Below, one piece after another: positions 17,183 to 26,417 of a stretch of DNA of 64,000 bases. A program made the translations under genes and the position numbers. The stretch is from IMG/VR virus record IMGVR_UViG_3300027963_005142. One strand, given 5' to 3'. The number at the start of each line of letters is the position of its first letter. Position 1 is the first letter of the stretch. The stretch comes from an uncultured virus (IMG/VR IMGVR_UViG_3300027963_005142) (lineage: Duplodnaviria; Heunggongvirae; Uroviricota; Caudoviricetes). Below the pieces are notes generated by a model. The model was not told the DNA's origin. It was given only the letters and a program-made list of their open reading frames with translations, and did no database searches.

Positions 17183-18424
17183 GTGGAAATAATACAACTC
17201 AAAGAGAGCACCAAGTCCAAGTTCATTAGAGACTTGTTCAAGGTTTCGAAAGAGTGCATTGAGTCAACTCCTGCATATGTGAACGGATCAGTAATATCTG
17301 ATCCGTTCCAGTCTTTCAATCACCTGAGATTCGAGGATCGGGGCCAAGATCATCTCTTGGACCTCTTCAAGCGAACACTTATCTCTTGTGAGGGTGCTCA
17401 TGCTTACTCTGCAAGGATTATTCTGGAGATCTGTGCTCACCTTCACGACCTTCAGATATCTGACGTTGAAAAATGCAAGGAGATCTCTCGATCTCTCTTT
17501 GAGAACTCCAGAAGGTCTCGTCTCTCCAGACTGGATCTAAAAGATCTTTGGATTCAAAGTACTGAAGGTAAGGTTCTCGATTCTGACTGGATAGATCTTT
17601 TAAAGATAGACAGCAGTTTTGAGTGCAAGCTTACAAAGGGAACAAAGTCTCAAGCCTCAGTGAGGAAAGGGCATCTGTTTAAGCGGATTAGGCTTCATGA
17701 TTCCTTTGGTGGGCTCACGAAGATCCAATCAGATAACTGCGATGTCATCTTGATTGACGGAAATATTGAGACTGAGGGTGAGATCTTCTCTCTCGTTGAG
17801 ACCTATAGGGCTTCTGGTCGTTTTGCATTCCTGGTCGCAGCAGGATTCTCTCAGAGCGTGGCAGTTCATCTTTTGAAGAACTACATGATGGGATCTTTTA
17901 AGGTGATTCCGCTTATCTGCGCAACGCAGGATGATCCAATAGGTGTCATGGTGGATGCTTCTTGCGCTCTGGACGCAGATATTCTATCTGCAGCCAAGGG
18001 TGACACAATCTCAGGATCTTATGGTCGCTGCCTGAGACAGGTTACTTCAGTCAAGGCAACAGGAACTGGAGTGATCTTTGTTGTCAAAGAGACATCTTCA
18101 GGTGCAAGAAGTAGAATCAATGAACTACAGAAGATTCTCTCAGCATGCGATGATTCTGCAAGAATCTATGTTTCTGAGAGAATCTCTTCTCTTCGGGGAT
18201 CAATGGTCAATCTTTCTATATCTGAATTAGATAATTCTAAGAATCCCGGCCTTGTAAGTAGGATAGACTCTTTTATGAGGTCATTGCAACCAGCATCGAA
18301 AATGGGCCTAGTAGACCTCTTCGGCAAGAAATATCCACTATTATCAGCTAGAGAATCAATATTAGCGTTTTCATCTTTCATGGAGTGTCTAAGATCTACT
18401 CAGGTAATCCTGGAGGTCAATTGA
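17183..18424 (+). CDS. Degenerate GroEL/TCP-1-like chaperonin-fold protein
   Basis: VILIDGNIET...FLVAAGFS...LLKNYMMGSFKVIPL and ERISSLRG resemble GroEL apical/intermediate segments; no GDGTTT motif. Confidence 0.55.
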   Translation: MEIIQLKESTKSKFIRDLFKVSKECIESTPAYVNGSVISDPFQSFNHLRFEDRGQDHLLDLFKRTLISCEGAHAYSARIILEICAHLHDLQISDVEKCKEISRSLFENSRRSRLSRLDLKDLWIQSTEGKVLDSDWIDLLKIDSSFECKLTKGTKSQASVRKGHLFKRIRLHDSFGGLTKIQSDNCDVILIDGNIETEGEIFSLVETYRASGRFAFLVAAGFSQSVAVHLLKNYMMGSFKVIPLICATQDDPIGVMVDASCALDADILSAAKGDTISGSYGRCLRQVTSVKATGTGVIFVVKETSSGARSRINELQKILSACDDSARIYVSERISSLRGSMVNLSISELDNSKNPGLVSRIDSFMRSLQPASKMGLVDLFGKKYPLLSARESILAFSSFMECLRSTQVILEVN

Positions 18425-18633
18425 GCAAGTCCGTTGAAACGATGAGAGCTGTAAGCAACCTTGTGTCTTTTATCAAGGACAAGACAGCACAGAACATTCT
18501 TGAAGCTTCGCAGAGAGGAATGATCACTGAGAATAGAGATGAATTGCAGAAGATCATTAAGGTTGCGCAAGATGCAATTGAGCAGGCATACACTATTGGT
18601 TCTTCTGCAATAGAGAAGACGCTCAAGAAGTAA
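18421..18633 (+). CDS. Hypothetical protein
   Basis: TTG overlapping the upstream stop; helical ~70 aa. Confidence 0.6.
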   Translation: MSKSVETMRAVSNLVSFIKDKTAQNILEASQRGMITENRDELQKIIKVAQDAIEQAYTIGSSAIEKTLKK

Positions 18634-18634
18634 G

Positions 18635-19096
18635 ATGGAATCATACGTTAAGCACTTGATTGAGTGTCACTGCACGCTTCCACAGTACAGAAACAGACCA
18701 GATATCGTCTATCACAAGTTTCCTGTGTTTAGCCTCCTTGAGAGCGATTCTGTAGTTGAGAAGCTTGCAAGGTGTAACAATTGCGACGCTGTCCATCGAG
18801 TTTTTGACGTGTGTAAATCTGAGATATTCATAGGAGATCTGGATATTTCTGCCATAAAGACTCAACAAGAGGTTATGTCAGAGATACCACAACAGCTCAG
18901 AGAATCTCTAGTTCCTTTGAATCTTGATATTTGCACCCTTGAGCACATTCTCTGGTGTATTGAGAATAACAAGGAAGAGAAGATTCCACTTAGAAGGGAC
19001 AACATTAAGGGAAAGCTCTTCGTGAAGTTCATTAACGTCAAAACTGATGGAAAGTGGAAGTTTGAAACTGAGTCTCATTCTACGGAGATAAACTAG
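18635..19096 (+). CDS. Cys-rich putative Zn-binding phage protein
   Basis: HLIECHC...CNNCDAVH...VCKSE. Confidence 0.7.
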   Translation: MESYVKHLIECHCTLPQYRNRPDIVYHKFPVFSLLESDSVVEKLARCNNCDAVHRVFDVCKSEIFIGDLDISAIKTQQEVMSEIPQQLRESLVPLNLDICTLEHILWCIENNKEEKIPLRRDNIKGKLFVKFINVKTDGKWKFETESHSTEIN

Positions 19097-19311
19097 TGAA
19101 TCTTGACACAAAAGCAAAAGAAATCCAGACGTCCAGAGACATAGTCAAGTCTATCTTGGACTACGGTGTTAACGAGGTGCAGAAACTGCACATTATTTCC
19201 CTATTGGCTCTAGAGCTAGGTAATCGGCAATCGATGATAGACATTAGAGCTGCGGTCAAGCAGAACATGCCTGACTTCTTTCAAGACAACAGCACAAAAC
19301 TGGAGGTATAA
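19096..19311 (+). CDS. Hypothetical protein
   Basis: Tightly packed operon ORF. Confidence 0.65.
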   Translation: MNLDTKAKEIQTSRDIVKSILDYGVNEVQKLHIISLLALELGNRQSMIDIRAAVKQNMPDFFQDNSTKLEV

Positions 19312-19312
19312 A

Positions 19313-19516
19313 ATGAGCACGAACGATCTTAGTAATGCATGGAACGAGCTTCGAGTACTGGTAGAGAGCCTTGAGCTCGACGTTACCAAGAGCATCAAGG
19401 GTAACAAGTCCGCCGGAGTTCGGACTCGCAAGGGTCTTAGACTCCTCAAGGGCCAGGCAGCCAATCTTGTTAAGCTGTCCATGACCCTTGAGAAGGACGA
19501 GACTTCGGTAGAGTAA
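19313..19516 (+). CDS. Histone H1-like (Hc1 family) DNA-binding protein
   Basis: KGNKSAGVRTRKGLRLLK signature; GGAGGT SD. Confidence 0.75.
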   Translation: MSTNDLSNAWNELRVLVESLELDVTKSIKGNKSAGVRTRKGLRLLKGQAANLVKLSMTLEKDETSVE

Positions 19517-19540
19517 AGAGCAAGAAGCTCTAATTCGCCC

Positions 19541-19573
19541 AGGGGCTCATTGGCTAATCACCAATGAGCCCCT
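19541..19573. terminator. 13-bp hairpin between convergent genes
   Basis: aggggctcattgg-ctaatca-ccaatgagcccct, followed by a T-rich tract. Confidence 0.7.
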
Positions 19574-19778
19574 TGATCTTTTTTGCAACTCTTTTTTCTA
19601 TCTGGCATATTCTCATCCTTGTAACACCCATGATATCTCCAATCTCCTGAAGTGACATTGGTCCTTTCTGCGACAAAAGAATTGTGCACTTGAGATTGCC
19701 CCCATCAACCCAGTATCTACAAGTTTTATTACTGCAAGACTTTCCAGAAGATTCACAAATTTCGTAGCACGTTTTCAT
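19554..19778 (-). CDS. Stand-alone sigma-70 region-4 HTH protein with Cys-rich N-terminus
   Basis: MSLQEIGDIMGVTRMRICQIEKR; five Cys in the N-terminal half. Confidence 0.8.
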   Translation of the reverse strand: MKTCYEICESSGKSCSNKTCRYWVDGGNLKCTILLSQKGPMSLQEIGDIMGVTRMRICQIEKRVAKKIKGLIGD

Positions 19779-19803
19779 ACTGTTATCATAGACTTAGATA
19801 TAG

Positions 19804-21123
19804 TTGTTTTCAGAGGAGCTTTTTTTGAACCAGATAGAAATTGCACGCAAGTGCTTCGTTGTTGATACATCGGTTCTTTTGTATGACAAAAACTCGATCC
19901 AAATATTTGGAAATAACGACCTTGTCATACCCCTCGTGGTCCTTGATGAAGTGGATAGGTTCAAGGAAAAGCCTGGAATTCTCGGAGAGAATGCGAGATT
20001 TGTCAACAGATATCTTGATGGACTAAGAGAGAGCGGATCCTTGCATGAAGGTGTAACTCTCCCCACTGGTCAGAGGATCTCTGTCGATATTGGAGACTAT
20101 GCAATACCAACAGGTCTGAAGGAAGATTATGGTGACAATAGAATTATTGCCTGTGCTGCTCACCTAAAGAATCTAGGTAGAAATGTAGTTGTTGTCACAA
20201 AGGACATCAACTTCAGAGTGAAGTGTGATGCACTTGGAATCTATTCAGAAGATTACAAGAGAGACAAGATCACAGTAGATAAGTCTGAGCTCTATGCAGG
20301 AAATGAAGATTTTCCAGTACTATCAGAGACAATAGACGAATTCTACTCAAGCGGTGAAGTTACTGATGAAGACATTTTGTCTGATACTGTTGTAAATCAG
20401 TACGTTTTAATGAAGGACACACAGGGAAGAAGTGCCCTAGGTTGTAGATACAAAAATGCTGTTAAGCCTCTAACAGCGCACATAGACAAGACAGTTCCTC
20501 TGGTAGGAAAGAACAAGGAGCAGAAGTTTGCAATTGACATGCTGAACAGGGACGAGATCAAAGTCTGCTCTTTGACAGGAATTGCAGGATCTGGAAAGAC
20601 CTACATGACACTCGTCTCAGCAATGTCAGGTCTTCAGCAGAAGAAGTACGAGAGAATTGTTATCACACGATCGATGCAGACTGTAGGAAAGGACATCGGG
20701 TTCTTGCCAGGTGACATCAATGACAAGATGGATCCCTGGCTCGGTCCTATCATGGATAACTTCAGGCAGGCATTCAAGGATATGACCTACTTCAACATCA
20801 TGAGAGAGAAAGGACAGATAGAGGTAGTTCCCCTCGCATTCATCAGAGGAAGAACCTTTAGCAATACCTTCTTAATCGTAGATGAAGCTCAGAACTCTAC
20901 GATCCACGAGCTTAAGACCATTATTACAAGAGTTGGAGAAGGCTCAAAGATTGTACTTCTTGGTGACATTGAGCAGATTGATACACCTTACCTTGATACA
21001 ATGTCTAACGGTCTCACGATCGCAATTGAGAAGCTCAAAGGTGAAGACCTCTTTGGTCACGTTACTCTGACCAAGGGTGAGAGATCTGAAGTTGCAACTT
21101 TGGCTTCTAAGATCTTTGTTTAG
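19804..21123 (+). CDS. phoH: PIN-PhoH (PhoH2/YlaK-type) ATPase
   Basis: PIN motifs VDTSVLL, DNRII, TKDINFRVK; GIAGSGKT, GFLPG, IRGRTF, DEAQN. Confidence 0.93.
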   Translation: MFSEELFLNQIEIARKCFVVDTSVLLYDKNSIQIFGNNDLVIPLVVLDEVDRFKEKPGILGENARFVNRYLDGLRESGSLHEGVTLPTGQRISVDIGDYAIPTGLKEDYGDNRIIACAAHLKNLGRNVVVVTKDINFRVKCDALGIYSEDYKRDKITVDKSELYAGNEDFPVLSETIDEFYSSGEVTDEDILSDTVVNQYVLMKDTQGRSALGCRYKNAVKPLTAHIDKTVPLVGKNKEQKFAIDMLNRDEIKVCSLTGIAGSGKTYMTLVSAMSGLQQKKYERIVITRSMQTVGKDIGFLPGDINDKMDPWLGPIMDNFRQAFKDMTYFNIMREKGQIEVVPLAFIRGRTFSNTFLIVDEAQNSTIHELKTIITRVGEGSKIVLLGDIEQIDTPYLDTMSNGLTIAIEKLKGEDLFGHVTLTKGERSEVATLASKIFV

Positions 21124-21154
21124 AACATTCTGATCTAGGCTTGTAGTATTCTCT

Positions 21155-23026
21155 ATGCCTGAGAAGTACAAGCCTAGAGTCGTATTTGTTTCTGATTTCT
21201 ATCCAGAAGATGTCACAGGAGGAGCTGAGCTTACTTTTCAAGCTCTTATTGACGAGTGTCCTTATGACTACGACAGAGTTCGCTTCTCTCAGCTGACTCA
21301 AGATTTTGTTATTAAGAACATCAGGTCTTACTGGATCTTCGGCAATATAGCTACAGCTCATCCTTCCTTCCTCACTTTTGCAGCTTCAAATCTCCACTAC
21401 AGCATTGTTGAGTTTGATTACAAGTTTTGCAAATATAGATCTCTAGATAAGCACAAGTCTACAGAGGGCATTGAATGCAACTGTAGAAACACTGATCTCG
21501 GTTCTTTCATGCAAGAGGTCTACAAGAACTCAGATTCAATCTTCTGGATGTCAGAAAAGCAGCGAGACCTGTGGCTAGATAACCTTCCAGCAATTTCGAG
21601 CGCCAGGAGCGAGGTCTTGAGCTCAGTCTTTAATCATTCGACTCTTGAGAAACTACATTCTTTGAAGGGTAGAGACAAAGATATTGATACTTGCATTCTT
21701 GATTCTGGTTCATGGGTAAAAGGAACAGATCTTGCTCTTTCCTACTGCAAAGAGCAGGGAATTGAACCTTTTAAGATTAAGCATTCTTACAGCGAGACCC
21801 TTGACATCCTCTCGAGAGCAAAAAAGCTTGTCTACCTCCCAGCTGGAGCTGATACGTGTCCAAGGCTTGTTATTGAAGCAAAGATCCTCGGTTGTGATCT
21901 GGTCATAAATGAAAACGTGCAGCACAGCGGAGAGAGCTGGTTTGCAACTCCGGAAGAAGCTGAAAAGCACCTTGAGACCAGGACAGAGTCGTTCTGGAGC
22001 CAGATTAGAGCCACTAACTCTAAGCGCCTGTCAGGATATATGACAACTTTCAATGCAGTCGAGCAAGGTTACCCTTTTGTTGAATGCATCACTAATCTTC
22101 TTGACTTCTGTGATGAAGTTGTTGTGGTTGATGGAGATTCTACTGATGGAACACTAGAAACCCTAAGAGAGATGGCTGAAGAGAATCCAAGTCTAAAGGT
22201 GCACGTTAGCAAGTACGACAAGAGCCTGCCTAATTTTGGTGTTCTTGACGGAAAACAAAAGGCACTCGCAAGAAGCCTCTGCACGGGAGACTTCTGCTGG
22301 CAGCAAGACAGTGATGAAATACTTCACGAAGATCACTTCAAAGATGTTAGAGAGATGGTAAATTTCTTTCCAAAAGAGGTGGATCTGGTGTGTCTCCCTG
22401 TTGTTGAGTTCTGGGGAAGCTCTGGAAAAGTAAGAATGGATGTTAATCCATGGAAATGGAGACTAAGTGTCAATAGTCCTAAAATAACTCACGGAATTCC
22501 AGTTCAGCTCAGGTGGTATAAGAACGGTCTTCTCTACTCTCGACCAGGCTCTGATGGATGCGACTATATCGATTCAGAGACGGGTCAACCAATTCAGTCT
22601 TTAAGCTTTTATTCAAATGAAGTACACGAAGCAAGAATCAAAGCACTTTCAGGAGACGAAGAGGCACATAGTCAATACAGCAATTGGTTCTCTGCTGTAA
22701 CACAAAGCGTCCCTACGATTTATCACTATTCTTGGTTCGATATCAAGAGAAAGATCTCGCTCTACAGGGACTACTGGACATCACACTGGCAGAGCTTATA
22801 CGGAGAGAAGATGGAGGATAGTGCATCCACCAACATGTTCTTTGACAAGCCCTGGAGTGAAGTTACTGACGATGACATCGAGTCAAGGTCTGCTCAGCTT
22901 GAGGCACAGACTTGCGGTTGGATTTTTCATAGCAAGTTTGATGCCAGCAAACCTAATCCAGAAGTGATAATAGAATTCTCTCACCCTGCTGCTATGCAGG
23001 GATTTATTGGAGTTGAAATTGAGTAG
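21155..23026 (+). CDS. Two-domain glycosyltransferase (GT-B-like plus GT2)
   Basis: GGAELT...PRLVIEAKILGC, then DEVVVVDGDSTDGT and QDSDE. Confidence 0.85.
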   Translation: MPEKYKPRVVFVSDFYPEDVTGGAELTFQALIDECPYDYDRVRFSQLTQDFVIKNIRSYWIFGNIATAHPSFLTFAASNLHYSIVEFDYKFCKYRSLDKHKSTEGIECNCRNTDLGSFMQEVYKNSDSIFWMSEKQRDLWLDNLPAISSARSEVLSSVFNHSTLEKLHSLKGRDKDIDTCILDSGSWVKGTDLALSYCKEQGIEPFKIKHSYSETLDILSRAKKLVYLPAGADTCPRLVIEAKILGCDLVINENVQHSGESWFATPEEAEKHLETRTESFWSQIRATNSKRLSGYMTTFNAVEQGYPFVECITNLLDFCDEVVVVDGDSTDGTLETLREMAEENPSLKVHVSKYDKSLPNFGVLDGKQKALARSLCTGDFCWQQDSDEILHEDHFKDVREMVNFFPKEVDLVCLPVVEFWGSSGKVRMDVNPWKWRLSVNSPKITHGIPVQLRWYKNGLLYSRPGSDGCDYIDSETGQPIQSLSFYSNEVHEARIKALSGDEEAHSQYSNWFSAVTQSVPTIYHYSWFDIKRKISLYRDYWTSHWQSLYGEKMEDSASTNMFFDKPWSEVTDDDIESRSAQLEAQTCGWIFHSKFDASKPNPEVIIEFSHPAAMQGFIGVEIE

Positions 23027-23729
23027 GTTCGTCTTTGTTATGCCTGCCTACAATGCGCAGGACACGATCGTTCAATCTTTGATATCTGTTGTAGCACAGA
23101 CTCACAGAGACTGGAAGGTCATCATTAGAGACGATATGTCAACTGACTCAACTGCAGAGATTGCTGAGAATTTTTCCAAACACTTCGGACTTCAGGACAT
23201 CATCACAGTCCAGAGAAATACCACCAAGAAGTGGGAAGTGCAGAATGTCCTCGAGATGATAGCTCAGTGTGATGAGAATGACATAATCTGTCGTCTTGAT
23301 GCTGACGATTGGCTGACAGATACTGATATTCTAACTTTCTTGAATCACAGATACGACGCAGAGAGCTACGACGCCGTCTGGACAGCACACAGGTGGGGAT
23401 TTTCTGGAATGAACATCTCTGCTCCGATTCCGGATGGTGCCAATGTCTACAAGCATCCGTGGGTTTCCTCACACTTTAAGACATTTAGAAAGTCTCTCAT
23501 CAGTGGTATATCAGATGACAATTTTAGAAGCTCTGATGGCAACTACTTCAAGAGAATCGGTGACCAGGCGATCTACCTCCCAGTTCTACACCGCGCCAGG
23601 AAGCGTCTGTTTGAACCCATTGTTGCGTACCATTATACCATTGACATGCAGCCAGAGACGTTCCAGACTGAGGACGCTAAGTTCCAGAAGGGCGAAGCAG
23701 AGTACTTGAGGAGCAGAGGATTTGTATGA
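23007..23729 (+). CDS. Glycosyltransferase family 2
   Basis: VMPAYNA, DDMSTD, LDADD. Confidence 0.9.
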   Translation: MELKLSRFVFVMPAYNAQDTIVQSLISVVAQTHRDWKVIIRDDMSTDSTAEIAENFSKHFGLQDIITVQRNTTKKWEVQNVLEMIAQCDENDIICRLDADDWLTDTDILTFLNHRYDAESYDAVWTAHRWGFSGMNISAPIPDGANVYKHPWVSSHFKTFRKSLISGISDDNFRSSDGNYFKRIGDQAIYLPVLHRARKRLFEPIVAYHYTIDMQPETFQTEDAKFQKGEAEYLRSRGFV

Positions 23730-24670
23730 AGATATTCTTCAATAGGGTTCCAAAGTACGAGCCTTACGGCGGAGGAAATCAGTTTCTCTATAGGCTTGTT
23801 GAGATACTTCAAGAGCGAGGCCACGAAGTTTGCTACCATCTTGAAGACAATATCGATGTCATCTTCATGATGGACCCCAGACCCGGCGATATTGGATACT
23901 CAGTCGAGCACATTGAAGGCTACAAGCGTTTGAATCCTAGAGTTAAAATCCTCCACAGAGTCAATGAATGTGACGCTAGAAAGGGCACAAATTTCATGGA
24001 TCCCTTGCTTCTTCGCGGCATGGGAATCTCTGATAGAGTGGTTTTCATCAGCCAATGGCTTAAAGAGTATTTTCAAGATCGTGGATTCTCAAGAGATTCA
24101 CATGTCATCTACAACGGATGCAATCTAAAGCATTTCCACCAGATGCCGCACAAGAGAAATGATCCAATCAAGGTTGTTACACACCACTGGTCAGACAACT
24201 ACATGAAGGGATTTGATCTCTATGTTGAGATTGATAAGTTCTTAGTCCAAAATCCAGGAAGATTTGACTTTACTTACGTTGGAAGGTACTGGAGCGGATA
24301 CACACCTCGAGCAACAAAGATTGTTTCTCCTACTAGCGGAATAAGTCTTGGAAATGAGCTTAGAAATCACGATGTATACGTCACAGCAAGTAGAAATGAA
24401 CCTTGCGGAATGCATCACATAGAGGGTGCAGCTTGCGGTCTACCAGTTCTCTACCACAGTGAAACAGGTGGAATCAAAGAACTCTGTCAGAAGCATGGAA
24501 TTGAGTTCAATAGTTTTGACACCTTTCTAGAAGGACTAGAGAAGATGGAAAAGGACTATCAGGATTACAGAAATATGATTAACGTTCAAAGTCTTGATAT
24601 CAATCTTTGCTGTAAAAAGTACATTGATATCATAGAGAAAGATCTTGCAAGTCCATTTTTCCAACGTTAG
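23726..24670 (+). CDS. Glycosyltransferase family 4 (GT-B)
   Basis: GGGNQF, VIYNG, EPCGMHHIEGAACGLPV. Confidence 0.88.
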   Translation: MKIFFNRVPKYEPYGGGNQFLYRLVEILQERGHEVCYHLEDNIDVIFMMDPRPGDIGYSVEHIEGYKRLNPRVKILHRVNECDARKGTNFMDPLLLRGMGISDRVVFISQWLKEYFQDRGFSRDSHVIYNGCNLKHFHQMPHKRNDPIKVVTHHWSDNYMKGFDLYVEIDKFLVQNPGRFDFTYVGRYWSGYTPRATKIVSPTSGISLGNELRNHDVYVTASRNEPCGMHHIEGAACGLPVLYHSETGGIKELCQKHGIEFNSFDTFLEGLEKMEKDYQDYRNMINVQSLDINLCCKKYIDIIEKDLASPFFQR

Positions 24671-25562
24671 TCTGAATTCTAGAAGCGGTCCCAATACTTT
24701 TGCTGCTAGACTGGCAAGCGAATTGATAAAAATGGGACACTCCATTGTCAATTCTGGAGACGCGTATGATACGATGCTTGCTTTTATCGAGGCAGGATCT
24801 AATCCTCGTCCAGGCTCAAGACTTGTCCAGCGTCTAGATGGAATATGGTTTAAGCCCGAAGATTTCTCCACCAAGAACGAGATTATCAAGTGGACCTACC
24901 TCCGCAGCAAGCATGTCATCTTCCAGTCAGAATTTGACAGAAGAATGATTGAGCATCACTGGGGTCTTCCTGGAAGCTATAGTGTGATCCACAATGGAAT
25001 AGATCTTAAAAAGAATACAGTGACCATTGATGGAATCAAGAATCTTAGAGATAGTTTTGATAAGATTTTTGTTTCTTCGGCTTCCTGGCACAGGCAGAAA
25101 CGCTTGAAAGAGAATACAGAGCTTTTCCTCAAGCTTGCAGGAGACGATCCTGGATCGTGCTTTGTTGTTATGGGAAGAAATCCAGATCATGTTGTCTGTC
25201 ACCCTCGAGTATTCTACGTGGGAGAGGTCGATCACAGCACTTGCCTACAGATCTACAGCGTTGCTAGTTGGATGATTCACCTTGCATGGCTCGATCACTG
25301 CCCAAATGTTGTAGTAGAGGCTCTATCGCAGGGATGTCCTGTAATATGCACGGACAGCGGTGGAACAAATGAAATTGTAAGAGACAATGGACTTATTATT
25401 CCAGAGTCTAAGATCTATAATTTTGAGCTACTTGACTACGATGATCCATTTCAACTAGAGTTATCTGTTAAAGATCTACCAAGTCTTAAAGTTAAAAATG
25501 ACTACCTTGACATACAGAATGTAGCAAAAAATTATGAAAAAGCTTTAGAAGGAAAGGAATAG
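24645..25562 (+). CDS. Glycosyltransferase family 4 (GT-B)
   Basis: VIHNGID, DHCPNVVVEALSQGCPVI. Confidence 0.88.
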   Translation: MQVHFSNVSLNSRSGPNTFAARLASELIKMGHSIVNSGDAYDTMLAFIEAGSNPRPGSRLVQRLDGIWFKPEDFSTKNEIIKWTYLRSKHVIFQSEFDRRMIEHHWGLPGSYSVIHNGIDLKKNTVTIDGIKNLRDSFDKIFVSSASWHRQKRLKENTELFLKLAGDDPGSCFVVMGRNPDHVVCHPRVFYVGEVDHSTCLQIYSVASWMIHLAWLDHCPNVVVEALSQGCPVICTDSGGTNEIVRDNGLIIPESKIYNFELLDYDDPFQLELSVKDLPSLKVKNDYLDIQNVAKNYEKALEGKE

Positions 25563-25564
25563 AA

Positions 25565-26416
25565 ATGGGACTAGGCGGCTATTTGACATGGACTGCAGTT
25601 GCTCGAGAAATTGTAAGAGCAGCAGGAGTTCCTGGAATGAAAGTAATTCCGGTTGAGCAGTATCCCGGAGGATTGATTAGAGTCATTAAAAGCGAGATAT
25701 TTGACCACAATCCTTTTATTTTGCAGTCGCTAGAATCAAGCACCTATTGTTTTCCTGTAGTCTTGAACAATCCTCAATCAAATTATTGCAAGAAAGACAC
25801 TCCAGATCATGCAATTCACAGATACGACAGTCATATGATTGAGCAGTTTTGTGAGTTTTATGGAATAAAAAATCCATCTCTTAAGTGTGAAATTTACTTT
25901 TCTACAGAAGAAGAGAAGAAGGTTAGTGAAATACTCAAAGACATACCTCGACCCTATGTGTGTATAGAACCGCAGTCAAATGATGAGTACTGTGTTAACA
26001 AAAAGTACCCTACAGAAAAATGGCAAAAAATTGTTGATGATCTTGTTGAAAAGGGAGTTACACTCGTTCAAGTAGGAAGATTTAATTCTGATTATAATTT
26101 AAAAAATGTTATAAATCTCTGTGGAAAAACCTCTTTTAGAGAGGCTGCACTTGTAATAAAGAGCTCTTGTTTGTTTCTTTCAACAGATGGTGGACTGATG
26201 CATGCAGCCAACGCTGTTGGAACCAAATCAATCATAGTCTACACAGGTTTTGTTCATCCTAAGCTTACTGGATATCCTGAAAATGAGAACATTTGGATTG
26301 GAAGAGATCACGGTCCTTGCGGAATGAAAACTTTTTGCAGAAAATGCTCTGAAGAATCTAGTAGGCATAATCATGCAGAGATCACAGATCTAGCAATATC
26401 AATATTAGGAGCTTAG
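25565..26416 (+). CDS. Glycosyltransferase family 9 (heptosyltransferase-like)
   Basis: GLGG, KKYPTEKW, NLCGKTS, STDGGLMHAANAVG. Confidence 0.85.
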   Translation: MGLGGYLTWTAVAREIVRAAGVPGMKVIPVEQYPGGLIRVIKSEIFDHNPFILQSLESSTYCFPVVLNNPQSNYCKKDTPDHAIHRYDSHMIEQFCEFYGIKNPSLKCEIYFSTEEEKKVSEILKDIPRPYVCIEPQSNDEYCVNKKYPTEKWQKIVDDLVEKGVTLVQVGRFNSDYNLKNVINLCGKTSFREAALVIKSSCLFLSTDGGLMHAANAVGTKSIIVYTGFVHPKLTGYPENENIWIGRDHGPCGMKTFCRKCSEESSRHNHAEITDLAISILGA

Positions 26417-26417
26417 T

